A stretch of DNA of 64,000 nucleotides from Octopus bimaculoides (taxonomy: Eukaryota): assembly GCF_001194135.2 (NCBI RefSeq), contig NC_068994.1, positions 41,359,018 through 41,423,017 on the forward strand. The letters run 5' to 3'. The notes beneath the pieces are model-generated. The model was not told the origin of the DNA and ran no database searches. It saw nothing but the letters and a program-made list of their open reading frames with translations. Positions 50,027-62,329 of the stretch are shown here, piece by piece (position 1 is the first letter of the stretch; each line of letters opens with the position of its first letter). Position numbers and translations under genes: made by a program.

Positions 50027-51647
50027 NNNNNNNNNNNNNNNNNNNNNNNNNNNNNNNNNNNNNNNNNNNNNNNNNNNNNNNNNNNNNNNNNNNNNNNNNN
50101 NNNNNNNNNNNNNNNNNNNNNNNNNNNNNNNNNNNNNNNNNNNNNNNNNNNNNNNNNNNNNNNNNNNNNNNNNNNNNNNNNNNNNNNNNNNNNNNNNNNN
50201 NNNNNNNNNNNNNNNNNNNNNNNNNNNNNNNNNNNNNNNNNNNNNNNNNNNNNNNNNNNNNNNNNNNNNNNNNNNNNNNNNNNNNNNNNNNNNNNNNNNN
50301 NNNNNNNNNNNNNNNNNNNNNNNNNNNNNNNNNNNNNNNNNNNNNNNNNNNNNNNNNNNNNNNNNNNNNNNNNNNNNNNNNNNNNNNNNNNNNNNNNNNN
50401 NTATATATATATAGGCACACTCATTGATATTGCAAAATCTGAAAAGTATTTGAACACAAAAATAAAAATGGAATTAAATATGAGGAACCAGCTGCAGTGT
50501 ACAAGAATGATGACTGCATGGTTACAGAAATGTGATGCATATTGGAGATGGCAATTGTGTATAGAAGTATTAAACTATTGAAATAGAAAGGAACTTGCTG
50601 AACAGAGAAACTAAGGAAGACGCTTGAAGAAGTTGTAAAAGTTGAATTCAAAATGTTGAAGCTCATAATGGATATGACAAGGAACTATAAACAAGTAGGA
50701 AGATGCTGTGTTAGAGAATACTTGTCCTGGCCAAAATACTGAGCATAAGTAGTGGAAGACTACTTATATGAATGTAAACAAAATTGTTCCAGACATCAAC
50801 TCATTTACATAATGGTGCAAAGTTCACGCCCTGACATTAATCACTAAAAGTACCAATACAATGTTTGTTATGAATACATAAATAGAAAGAGTCATATCTG
50901 AATGTCATATCTAAATGTATTTTGTTTCGCAGTGATATTTGCCTCTATGAAGTGCTTTTTTTTTTTTTTTTTTTTTTGTCAGTAGTATGGGCTGAAGATC
51001 AAGTCATCCAGTTTTGTTGTTATTGAACAACTCAACAGTATTCGCTTACCTCTCTCCCTTCTGAGGTGCTAAGTGATAGGAGCAAAAATCTACTTATTAA
51101 AACATAAATAAGTATATGGCCCAGACACAATTTATTTAAATAATGGTACAAAGATGACAGCCTGCCAATAATTACAAGAGTAACAATATATCATGGAATA
51201 AATAAATAAGGAATTTAGTCTGGTGCTGCAGAGATATGACCATTTTCATAAAATCAAACTTGCTGTTATTTAGTGAAAAGGAATATTCATTCTTAAGTAG
51301 AAAATATGAATGATTTCAAATAATGGATGTTGTGTTGTTCATGCATTTTTCAATAGTATTATCTAAGCTGGAGACATAGGATTCAATTTGGGCTGCACTC
51401 ACCAAAATATATTGCTGTCATTACTTAATTCTTTAACTGGTTTTGATCATTGAACTTGGAAAATGGAGGGACATTACCTTCAAAAGATTTCAGTGAATTA
51501 TGTGAACATCAGCCATTTTATCAATTTTAGTGGCCATTTTATCAATCTCTGTTATTGAATGCTAAGTTAAAATTATGGCCTTGAACCATGTAGCAGCAAA
51601 GTGAACATCTTATTTACACAACTATATTTGCGTTCCTAATAGAATTA

Positions 51648-53280
51648 TATACTATGTTGAAAAGGAAATCCGGTTGCATTTCAAGATGGGAAAGAAACGA
51701 AAGCTTCTTATGTCTTAATTGATATATTTAATCATGATAATATTTCCCTTCATTATTGATAACATAATCCCAACTATTTGACGAATTGTTAATCCCTTAG
51801 GTATAACATTTTTCGGATCTAGTTCAAAACGGGGGCGCCAGTATTTTCTTAACAAAACACTTTGAAACTTGGGACACTGGTAGAATGTGTCATATAAAAC
51901 ATCTTTTTCTCTTAGTCTTCTTAAGAAAAATTATTATATTGCAACTTATTTCATGTTAAAGTTGTCGTATTTATGTAATTTCAACCAATGACTGACGTCC
52001 ATTCAGCCGAATACATTAAGTGCTGACTACGTAAACAAACGATTCTCAAACGATTCTGGCGGTGATAAAATTATTATTTCCTTGTCAAAAAATGGTTGAA
52101 GCATATTGGCAGTAGCTAATAAACCTTTCTATTATAGGCACAAGGCCTGGTTTTTGAGGGAAGGGTTAGGGCAAANNNNNNNNNNGCAGATGTTAACGAA
52201 ATTATATTAAAAATAAAACGAAGGAAAACGAACACATGTGTTGCCTCTCTGCAAAATGTCAGAAGTAATGGAGATTAAATACGCTTTACACCGCTTAAAC
52301 TGCCAAAGGAACCGCTTAAACTGCCAAAGGAGTAACTATAAACAGCTGAATACTTGTCAGTGATTGGTTGAAATTATCGAAATAAGACAATTTTTTACAT
52401 GAAATAACTTCGAATACAAAATTTTTTTTCTGTTCTATAACACAAAATAGATAAGTATACAAAGTTTGAAAGTCTTTCAGTACCAAAACCACTACATAAA
52501 ACATAAATGAAAACTGGTGCCCCCGTTTTGAACTAGATCCCATTTTTCTGATTTTGAAGCATAGAAATATTCAATATCTCATTCTTGCCCACATCTCAAT
52601 TAATAAACTGTTTTCCTTCTAATAATGTTTGCAAAGATCTGAAAAGAAGATAGTAAGATGGAACAAAATCAGGAGCAGTAAGACTTTCATATTTAGTGCC
52701 ATTAATATTTTCCCGGGTGATCTTGGAAATATATGGTTATGCATTATCATGTAACAGCAACACCCTTTTACAAGTGATCAATGATGGGTGCTTTTTCTGC
52801 ACATTTTTGTACAATGCTTCCAAATGATTACAATATTTCTCTACTTCTAGTGTTTCATTTTGGTTCAAAACTTCATGATAAACAACACCCTTCATATCCC
52901 ACCAAACACAGAGCATAACTTTTAGGAAATGTAATCTTAGTTTCAGGATGGATTTTCTTTTTTACAGTGAGGGATAATTTCGGTTCTTTTCATTGGATAT
53001 CACTTGTAATGACTGTACCCAGGAAAGTTTTGGTAAAAGTCAACTCTTCAATAACAAGCAGAGGGCAACTCTTTGATTAAGCTGAGTAGCAGTCAGTTGA
53101 TGACAGATCCACTGATCAAGTTTAGACACTTTTCCTTGTTCATGAAGGTGTTTTATGGACAAAGAGTGACTTGAATTGAAACTGTTTTGCTAATTCTCAT
53201 GCAGTTTGATTTGGACCATCTTCAATTGTGGCTGAGTTGTTGTGTTTCTGGCTGAATTTAAGGCAACCAGTGACTAAAAA
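51648..53280 (-). pseudogene. Degenerate mariner (DD34D-type) transposase interrupted by a MITE
   Basis: Minus translation VSKLDQWICHQL..TVITSD..KVMLCVWWDMKGVVYHEVLNQNET..LLLHDNA*PY..PDFVPSYYLLFRSLQ; the C-terminus YASKSEK|CYT*GINNSSNSWDYVINNEGKY is rejoined across the MITE. Confidence 0.85.
51815..52540. mobile_element. Non-autonomous DNA transposon with GG termini, ~200 bp imperfect TIRs and 8-bp TSD (Merlin- or Mutator-like)
   Basis: GGATCTAGTTCAAAACGGGGGCGCCAGT / ACTGGTGCCCCCGTTTTGAACTAGATCC (27/28); TSD CATTTTTC at 51807-51814 and 52541-52548. Confidence 0.9.
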
Positions 53281-53570
53281 CTCTAGAAGAGAAGCTAATG
53301 AAGGACTCCTTAATAGTTATTTGATTAACTAAATACAGTAGCAAAATCTCTCCCAGATCACATCTTACCATCATAAAAAAGAAAAAGAAATCCTGGATAA
53401 TTCAACCTTAACAACACTGTGTCTGAAAATAAGTAGACAAGATGGTCAAGGTAACACATACTACTACAACTACCACCATGAATAACTCTTCCTAATTTTG
53501 GCACAAGGCCAGCAATTTTGAGGGGAGGGGCTAGTTGATTAAATTTACCTCCAATACTTCATATTTTTAA

Positions 53571-53790
53571 CTTTTAGCATTTAAACTGGCCATGTCCAGC
53601 CAATATATTCTACCAGTTTTTATGTTCAAACTGACCAGATTTGGCCCCTCACACCTACCCTGCAATGTCATTCTAAAAGTAGACAATCACATCCTCGAAA
53701 TCTCAAAGTCATAAAATAAAGCATGATTAATTTAAGGCAATGTGAATAAATAAGTATTACATTTGACAGGAAAATTTAAATGCAAGGGGG
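53571..53790 (+). mobile_element. piggyBac-like MITE (TTAA-flanked) nested in a SINE B copy
   Basis: TTAA|CTTTTAGCATTTAAA..TTTAAATGCAAGGGGG|TTAA; SINE B sequence continues on both sides (53490-53560, 53795-53925). Confidence 0.75.
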
Positions 53791-54069
53791 TTAATAACCC
53801 CCAAAAAGATGATAGGTAAATCAACCTCGGTGGAAATTGAACCCAGAATGTAACAAGTCAGAGAAAATACTGCTAAGTGATTTTTTTCTGCTTCTGTAAC
53901 AGTTCTGCCAGTTCATCGCCTTACTACAAGCACTAGTGGTGCCATTGTAAAAACTTTATATCATTAAATTCTTCAGCTCCATTACCATCATCTTTGCATT
54001 TTTATTTCTAATTCCACCATTACTACTACAACATTCTCCCACCAGACCAGAAAGGAATGGAGGCCTCTA

Positions 54070-54335
54070 CATGATCATTCAAATTATTAGAAATAGCAAC
54101 CCTATTTTTCTCAAATCACACATTATAGTCTTAAGAAAGGAAGGACATGCTGGATGATGTAATTACCGAAATACAAAAAGAATGAAATCATCGTAACTGG
54201 AAAAATGTCTTTGAAAATGGTTCTGTTGGATCAAGAATGGAATGCCTTTCATCTTAGGTCAGCTGGATCAGAATTGGAATGTCTTTGATCATAGGCCTGC
54301 TGGATCGGGTTGACCTGGGGCTAAACAACAAAAAT
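54070..54335 (+). mobile_element. SINE-like family D (partial copies near 10790-10840, 31835-31920, 47340-47660, 53340-53460, 59030-59210)
   Basis: TAGAAATAGCA..CTCAAATCACAC..GGAATG(C/T)CTTTGATCATAGG(C/T)CTGCT..TTGACCTGGGGCTAAACAACA, with an internal ~37 bp duplication. Confidence 0.65.
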
Positions 54336-54439
54336 AATGACATGAACAAAAATGGTCACCAACACTGCATTTCTTCTAATATTCCTACTGAATTACCACC
54401 GCGAAAAAAAAAAAAATCTGTTTCTATCATTGTTGTTAA

Positions 54440-55140
54440 ATCATCATCATAATTAATGCCACAATATCATCATCATGACAACCACCAACCACCATCATGT
54501 TGAATAAATCACACTACAGCACAATTATCATACACCACTACAACCCATTTCCGTCATCATCAGCGCCACCACCACTGTCGCTGCCACCATTGCAACTACC
54601 ACCACCACCATCACCACAACTTCTGCCACTGTCACCACCACAACCAAGACCACCAGTACCACTGTCACCACTGACACCACTGCCACTGCCACCACCACCA
54701 CCACCACCACCACCTTCACTACCACTACCACCACGACTACTACTACCACTGCTGCCATCGCAGCTCAATATAAACTTCAGGACACCATCATCACTACAAC
54801 AAGCATTAACAAAATACCATCACCACCACCACATCATCATCATCAACACTATAACCATCAACTAACATCATCGCAGCCCACCACCACCGCCGTTCGTTAT
54901 CAACAGAGTTCAACACCAGCACCAGCATCACCACCAGCATTAACATCATCAATGCCAGCACTACTGTGCCACCACCACCACCACCATCATTGTCTCCACC
55001 ACTACCGCCACTAACATCACACCTTATTACTGCCACCACCATTCTCATCACCCCAACCACCCCCATCACCACCACCACCACCACTGTAATTATTACAGCT
55101 CAACTACACCACCTCTACCACCACCACCGCCACCACTTAG
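54440..55140. repeat. (CAC/CAT/ACT)n trinucleotide mosaic, ~700 bp
   Basis: Directly visible. Confidence 0.9.
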
Positions 55141-55794
55141 AGAGCCATATCGTACAATATAGAACTGTGACTGACTCGAAACTGGTCACTCATCAATTTT
55201 CTGATTGTCTGATATTGCAAGGAAATGGATCACTTAATAAAGGCTGCAGAAGATAGTCCTCACTGATAGAGGAAGAGAATCTTCTTCCTTCTCCTCCTAC
55301 TATTTTTCAATGTTGTCCTCTTCCTGTCACCCCCACCCCATCCTGCGGCTCCCTGACACTGATCTCCCCTCAATGGCCAACTGGATGGATGGATGGCTGG
55401 CGGGCTGGATGGTTGGCTGGCTGATCTAACTTGACATTTTACTTCACAGCACTCCTCACACAAGGAGTTGATATCAATCTAACAGATATCCTTTTTCTTC
55501 ACACTTTTAGCCTATCTCACTGCTTGAACTGGGAGAGAGTGAGAGTGGAAATGGGGAGAGGGAGAGAATGATTGAATGAATGAATGAATGAATGAATAAA
55601 TGAATGAATGAAGGAAGGAAGGGAGGGAGGGAGGGATGGATGGATGGCTGAATGAATTAATGATGTTGTGACGTACACACTATTACAGCTTCATACTTTA
55701 GGTGTGTGGTACGGAGGAGCTATCTATTTATTATTTTTTTTGCTTTTTAGTTCTTTCTTTCTTTCTTTCTTTCTTTTTTTTATTTATTTTGCAG

Positions 55795-55819
55795 TGGAAA
55801 CTTTTCCAAAGTAGTGGAG
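55795..55819 (+). CDS. Candidate 25-nt coding micro-exon (xGNFSKVVE), unverified
   Basis: TTTATTTTGCAG|TGGAAACTTTTCCAAAGTAGTGGAG|GTGAGA; splice signals only. Confidence 0.2.
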
Positions 55820-56478
55820 GTGAGAAGGTGGGGTTATTTTTCTCCCATTTTCCTTTCATTCATATTGATGTTTGCTCCTTGTTTGTTGTCAATATTTCTC
55901 TAATGACAACACAGCTAGCCAAGTCGATACTGCTATCAAAACTGCTCACCAAATAGGTAATGGGTTTATATTCAGGCATAGACGGATGTTTAATTCTTAT
56001 ATGGAGACACAACTCACAGATACTCATAACAAGTCCCCTGATATAATCAAACAGATACTCTGAGCACAGTACATCCTTACAATGGTTTTTCTTTCATCCA
56101 TTCCATTGTTCAACTGACAAACATTAAAACTCAGTATGTGCTGAAAGAGAAATAATAATTTTAAAAATCAGTATCCCCCCCCACACACACACACTGAGGC
56201 CATCACCCAGATCAGACACCACAACTATTAATCCTTTAGCATTTGATCTGGCCATATGTAGCCCAAAATATATATACGAGTGGTACCATATTTTTTTCAG
56301 CTGTCTACAAACACAGCCAAGCTGAAATAATTAATGCATTCTTCCAGGAGTGAATAAAAAAATTCTCAAACTTAAGAACTTGTTAGAGACTAACATGGGC
56401 CCCCATATATATAGATCCTAATGGTGCAGGGACCTACTTGCCATTGGGCAACCTGGCCAGTCCACCACTGTATATATA

Positions 56479-56895
56479 TTACTCTCTCTCTCTCTTTTAC
56501 TTGTTTCAGTCATTTGACTGCGGCCATGCTGGAGCACCGCCTTTAGTTGAGCAAATCGACTCCAGGACTTATTCTTTGGATGCCTAGTACTTATTCTATC
56601 GGTCTCTTTTGCGAACCGCTAAGTTACGGGGGACTTAAACACACCACCATTGGTTGTCAAGCGATGTTGGGGGGATAAACACAGACACACAAACATATAC
56701 ACACATATTCATACATATATATACATATATACGACAGGCTTCTTTCAGTTTCCGTGTAACAAATCCACTCACAAGGCTTTGGTCGGCCCGAGGCTATAGT
56801 AGAAAACACTTACCCAAGGTGCCACGCAGTGGGACTGAACCCGGAACCATGTGGTTGGTAAGCAGGCTACTTACCACACAACCACTTCTGCGCCT
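56479..56895 (-). mobile_element. Full-length SINE family A
   Basis: Same head, B box, central and 3' motifs as 43838-44296, with a short internal microsatellite. Confidence 0.92.
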
Positions 56896-57363
56896 ATATG
56901 TACATATACATAAATAAATTTTTATAATTTTATTTATACCTTATAAATGAATATTCTATTTTTTATTAACTATAAATCTTCTCTATTTTTACTTTATTGT
57001 TCTAGTTTTATTTACTTTACTTTATCCCTAATCATATTCTAATTAATCTGTAAACCCTTTACCCGAGCATATAATAATACAAATCATAAACTGTAATATT
57101 TAGTCTGATGAAATGAATTGATAGGTCTATATATAGCATCCCAAGGTACATCTTTACTTTCGCTGATGAAATTATGCTCATGTCACATAAATACAAATTT
57201 AATGTACAAATTTGTAATTAAATTTATGAGTATTAATTGAAATATCTGTAAGAAGTGACGATGGCCAATTGATCAATAATATATAATTATTAACTTCCTT
57301 ATCTCCATTTTCTTTTCTTGTTTTAACTGGATATAAATTATATACATACATACATATATATAT

Positions 57364-57396
<33 letters not shown>

Positions 57397-57443
57397 TATA
57401 TATACATATATATACATATATATACATATATATACATATATAT

Positions 57444-58023
57444 NNNNNNNNNNNNNNNNNNNNNNNNNNNNNNNNNNNNNNNNNNNNNNNNNNNNNNNNN
57501 NNNNNNNNNNNNNNNNNNNNNNNNNNNNNNNNNNNNNNNNNNNNNNNNNNNNNNNNNNNNNNNNNNNNNNNNNNNNNNNNNNNNNNNNNNNNNNNNNNNN
57601 NNNNNNNNNNNNNNNNNNNNNNNNNNNNNNNNNNNNNNNNNNNNNNNNNNNNNNNNNNNNNNNNNNNNNNNNNNNNNNNNNNNNNNNNNNNNNNNNNNNN
57701 NNNNNNNNNNNNNNNNNNNNNNNNNNNNNNNNNNNNNNNNNNNNNNNNNNNNNNNNNNNNNNNNNNNNNNNNNNNNNNNNNNNNNNNNNNNNNNNNNNNN
57801 NNNNNNNNNNNNNNNNNNNNNNNNNNNNNNNNNNNNNNNNNNNNNNNNNNNNNNNNNNNNNNNNNNNNNNNNNNNNNNNNNNNNNNNNNNNNNNNNNNNN
57901 NNNNNNNNNNNNNNNNNNNNNNNNNNNNNNNNNNNNNNNNNNNNNNNNNNNNNNNNNNNNNNNNNNNNNNNNNNNNNNNNNNNNNNNNNNNNNNNNNNNN
58001 NNNNNNNNNNNNNNNNNNNNNNN
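57444..58023. other. Largest assembly gap (N run); 15 further gaps, mostly inside microsatellites
   Basis: Other gaps at about 4439, 11940, 20053, 22397, 23464, 26702, 28353, 37610, 41721, 47680, 49097, 50027, 52176, 60990 and 61983. Confidence 1.
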
Positions 58024-58084
<61 letters not shown>

Positions 58085-58151
58085 TTGTATGCATGTATGT
58101 ATGTTCGTTGTTTGTTTGCTTGTATGTAAGCATGTATGTGTCTGTGTGTAT

Positions 58152-58638
58152 GTCATTATTCAATTTTATTTCAAGATTTCTTGCCAATAAAGAGCTGGTT
58201 TCAAACCTAGATCCAAGGCTCCTACATTGGAATTTCAACAAAATCAACAAGGTGTTTTTGTATGTATGTATATGTACAGATTTGCATGTTTTGTTTTATA
58301 TATGTATTCTCATTCATATAGTTGCATGTCTAGATACGCTCATATATACTTAAATGGTAATCTTCTGGAAAGTTTTACAGAGTTTTACAGTTCCAGTGAT
58401 GGCTTGGATCTGTAGTCTTCGAATCAACTTTCTCATTTCTGGTTTTGAGAAGCCTAATTTCTAAAGATTGGTATTTAGGCAGTGTGTTACATATCCCAGC
58501 ATTCCAATAATTACAGGTATAAACCTGAACTTGTAATCTGGATAGAGTAACTGTAGATTTCTCAATAGTTCAGTGTAGGTATTTTCTTTTATGCTGATTT
58601 TAACCTTTATGTTAACATCGGCTGGGCAGCTGATTTTT
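58152..58638 (-). pseudogene. 5'-truncated RLE-type (R4/Dong-like) non-LTR retrotransposon: endonuclease C-terminus plus 3' UTR
   Basis: ISCPADVNIKVKISIKENTYTELLRNLQLLYPDYKFRFIPVIIGMLGYV..L*KLGF..LQIQAITGTVKLCKTF; fits the RLE pattern (D/E)xxCPxDxN..K..Y..L..IPxxIGxxG. Confidence 0.75.
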
Positions 58639-59214
58639 ATGTGTGTGTATGTATGTATGTATTTATTTATGTATGTATGTATGTATGTATGTATGTGTGT
58701 ATACATGTCTTCTCTTTCTCTTTTCAATGTAGTGCAAATTTTGATCAGCCACCGAGTTGATAGCAAGGTTCTGAAGGAAAATATCATTATTTAACTGTCA
58801 TCCTTAAAATCCCATGTATGTATGTATGTATGCATTTATGAATGTATATTTCAATGACAAAGCATGGCTCAACCTGGATGCAAAGCAAAAGAAACCCCCA
58901 AGGTGATGTGTAGAGGGATCAAAGAACTTTGACTTCAAAACAAATATATTAACCACATGGTTATAGTTCAGCCGAATTCGTTGTTTCATTTATCATTGTT
59001 GGTAACTATTTATTGCATCTGTCATTGTTATTACCCTTAATCCTGAATCCGGTCTTCATAAAGTAAATTTATGTTGAAAGGCATTCTAGTCATAGCCATC
59101 CTGTCTTGTTTTCAGCTTGTAGACTGCATTATTCAATGTGTCTTTTTTTTTTTTTTTTTCAGAAACTAGAAGTAATTTGAGAAAGATCTTATTGCTATTT
59201 CTAGTCGCTCACCC

Positions 59215-59520
59215 TCATCATCATCATTGTAGTCGTTGTTTAGCATCCTCCTATGCTGGTATGGGTTGGACAGTTTGACAGAAGCTGACCAGGTAGAAGC
59301 CTGCACCAGACTCCTGAGTCTGTTTTGGCCAGGTTTTTATGGCTAGATGCCCTTCCTAACATCAACTACTCTGCAGATTAGACTGAGCACTTTTTATGTG
59401 GCACAGGTCAGTTTGGCATGGTTTTCACAGCTGGATGCCCTTCCAAATGCCAACCACTTTACAGTGTGAACTGGATGCTTTCTAATTGGCACCAGCACCA
59501 GCAGGGTCACCAAGTAACTT
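59215..59520 (-). mobile_element. Two nested/tandem RTE 3' tail fragments (family C)
   Basis: GATGCCCTTCCTAACATC (59347) and GGATGCCCTTCCAAATGCC (59433), with a (CAT)n tail at 59215. Confidence 0.7.
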
Positions 59521-60074
59521 GCAAGACAGGGATCCTTTGAGAGGGGAGAGGACATTGGTGGAGGGGATCTTGTGTCAGATGATGAAAGGTTATAGTGAGA
59601 CTGAGACAGAAACATGTCTTGCTGTAGAGGTACATGGTTACCCGGCCAGAGAGAGGGGGGGGGGAAGAGAGAGAGAATGTGGACAGAAACAGGTGACAAC
59701 TGGTTATAGTTTGTTTACATTCCTGTAACTTAGAGATTCAGCAAAAGTGACTTATAAAAGAAGTACCAGTCTTTAAAATAAAAGTCCTGGTGTCAATTCG
59801 TTCCACTAAAGTCATTAAAGGCACTGCCCCAGCATGTCTACAGTCCAATGACTGAAACAAGTAAACAACAGAAGATAAAAAAATACAGGAAATAACCGGA
59901 CACATAGAGATATACATACTGTTTTACTGAACAATGACAATGTCTGGTTAGCTTGATATCAATTTAACAAGCATATATAAAACACTCTTCTTGGATATTT
60001 TTGTTACCCAAAAGTGCTTACAACACAATTTCACAATACTAAATTACCAAGTAATAAGATTCAGGCCGCACATA

Positions 60075-60300
60075 TTTGTTAGTTAATTCACTTTAACTTA
60101 ATTTCGTTTTTATATGTGGTTTGCAAGATTCTTTATGGTAATTCATGTGTTGAACGACTATTGAAAATGTTGCAACAAACATTTTAGTTAGAAATAATGA
60201 GTAAATGAGTGGAAATCAGACCAGTGAGTACGTTAAATTAATAAGGCACTAAAAGAGAATGACTCTTCTCAGTCACAATAAAATCACTTTAACTTAATTC
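60075..60300 (-). mobile_element. Second copy of the 40911-41160 repeat, bounded by an ~18 bp direct repeat
   Basis: TCACTTTAACTTAATT at ~60089 and ~60285. Confidence 0.7.
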
Positions 60301-60850
60301 TTTTTATACATCTAAATTTCTATACATATTTTTGTTACTCCATTTATCCGTCCAAACATCTATTTACTTTTATTGCCTCATCTATTAATACAGTTTAATA
60401 TTAAAACTTCAACCAGCAACAAAAATAAATAAATAAATGGAACAATTTTTCAAATTGCATTCATATTGTCTTTGCTTGTTACGTTATTCTGATATATTTT
60501 GATATTTCTGATATTTTTTTTTATCATTTAGTTAATATCAATTTCTCATACTACTATAAAGACATTTGACCACTATAGCACCATACCCACAATTTAACTA
60601 CGTTGCTTCAATTACACCAACACACAGACATACATACTACAAGTGTATGGTGTATGTGCATGTGTGTATGTGTGTGTGTACATACATATATATATATATA
60701 TATATACACGCACACACACATATATACACATACATCACATACATAAATATATATATATATATATATATATATGCATACATATATACACACACACACACAC
60801 ATATATACATATATATGTGTGTGTGTGTATAATATATACTCTTTACTCTC

Positions 60851-60881
<31 letters not shown>

Positions 60882-61021
60882 CATATGCACATACAGTCAT
60901 GCATTCATATACATGTCTGTAAGTGCATATGTATGCATGTATGGATGCTTGTCTCTGTCTGCCTCTCTCTTTCTCTCTCTCTCTCTCTCNNNNNNNNNNN
61001 NNNNNNNNNNNNNNNNNNNNN

Positions 61022-61065
<44 letters not shown>

Positions 61066-61189
61066 GCACACAACATATACATACATATCTACATACAAAC
61101 GTGTAAAGTGATTTGATGCACAAGTGAGGCATCCATTCGACATATATGCAAAAACATAGATTTCATTAAATGTCGGTTGATGTATTTTT

Positions 61190-61238
61190 TTCAGACCAAA
61201 GATCTCGAGTTTCATGCATATGTGCACTCATCAGTGAA
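61190..61238 (-). ncRNA. Type I hammerhead ribozyme with canonical core and GUC triplet
   Basis: TTCA-CTGATGA-GTGCA cata TGCAT-GAAAC TCGAGATCTTTG GTC-TGAA: 4-bp stem I, 5-bp stem II, near-palindromic stem III centred on AGATCT. Confidence 0.7.
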
Positions 61239-61720
61239 GCGGAAAAAGACTGTAGTATGTAGGCAAACATTATTTTCTTTGGCTGGAAGGGTCTAAGTTA
61301 CGAAGTCACTGATGTGTCAGATTTAGATTCACTGTTTGGTAAAAGAATACAAACGATAAAATTTATATTCCACTCAGCTCATTCAACATTAAAGTGCTCT
61401 ATCAGTGTCAGAAACATAATTTTTATTATATTATTAAGAAATATATATTGTGCTCTGTAGAAGAGGCAGTGTGTTCAATACTTCTCTATGTAAAGTTTGA
61501 GCGAAAAGGTTGACATTTATATTAACAGTGTATGTATCTATATACTTACATGCATATTGAATATATATTTTACATGCACACCATATCATTATATAATATA
61601 ATCTATAGACTTTATACAGGTAAGTTGTTAGCATATTGTATCTCTGCTATAGATAAGAATATAGAGGATGTTTGGGCTAAATTTGATAGATTGCATAAAA
61701 AGAAAAGAAAGCACAATATC

Positions 61721-61937
61721 CTCTTTTACTCTTTTACTCTTTTACTTGTTTCAGTCATTTGACTGTGGCCATGCTGGAGCACTGCCTTTAGTCGAACAAA
61801 TCAACTCCAGGACTTATTCTTTGTAAGCTTAGTACTTATTCTATCGGTCTTTTTTGCCGAACCGCTAAGTTACGGGTACGTAAGCACACCAGCATCGGTT
61901 GTCAAGCGATGGTGGGGGGACAAACACAGACACACAA

Positions 61938-61982
<45 letters not shown>

Positions 61983-62296
61983 NNNNNNNNNNNNNNNNNN
62001 NNNNNNNNNNNNNNNNNNNNNNNNNNNNNNNNNNNNNNNNNNNNNNNNNNNNNNNNNNNNNNNNNNNNNNNNNNNNNNNNNNNNNNNNNNNNNNNNNNNN
62101 NNNNNNNNNNTATATGTATATGTACACATATACGATGGGCTTCTTTCAGTTTCCGTGTAACAAATCCACTCACAAGGCTTTGGTTGGCCCGAGGCTATAG
62201 TAGAAGACACTTGCCCAAGGTGCCACGCAGTGGGACTGAACCCAGAACCATGTGGTTGGTAAGCAAGCTACTTACCACACAGCCACTCCTGCGCCT
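61721..62296 (-). mobile_element. Full-length SINE family A with gap in the internal (TA)n and an (AGTAAAAG)n tail
   Basis: Near-identical to 43838-44296 and 56479-56895. Confidence 0.92.
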
Positions 62297-62329
62297 ATCC
62301 CATCAAAAAAAGATTTTTAACCAAATAAT

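Noticed and set aside
50420-50900. Purine-rich, coding-like block (possible old transposase)
   Set aside because: No diagnostic motif, TIR or TSD found.
57040-57300. Two CTGATGA motifs in an AT-rich block, possibly a PLE remnant
   Set aside because: No GAAA or helices in register, and the peptide similarity to the PLE C-terminus is too weak to call.
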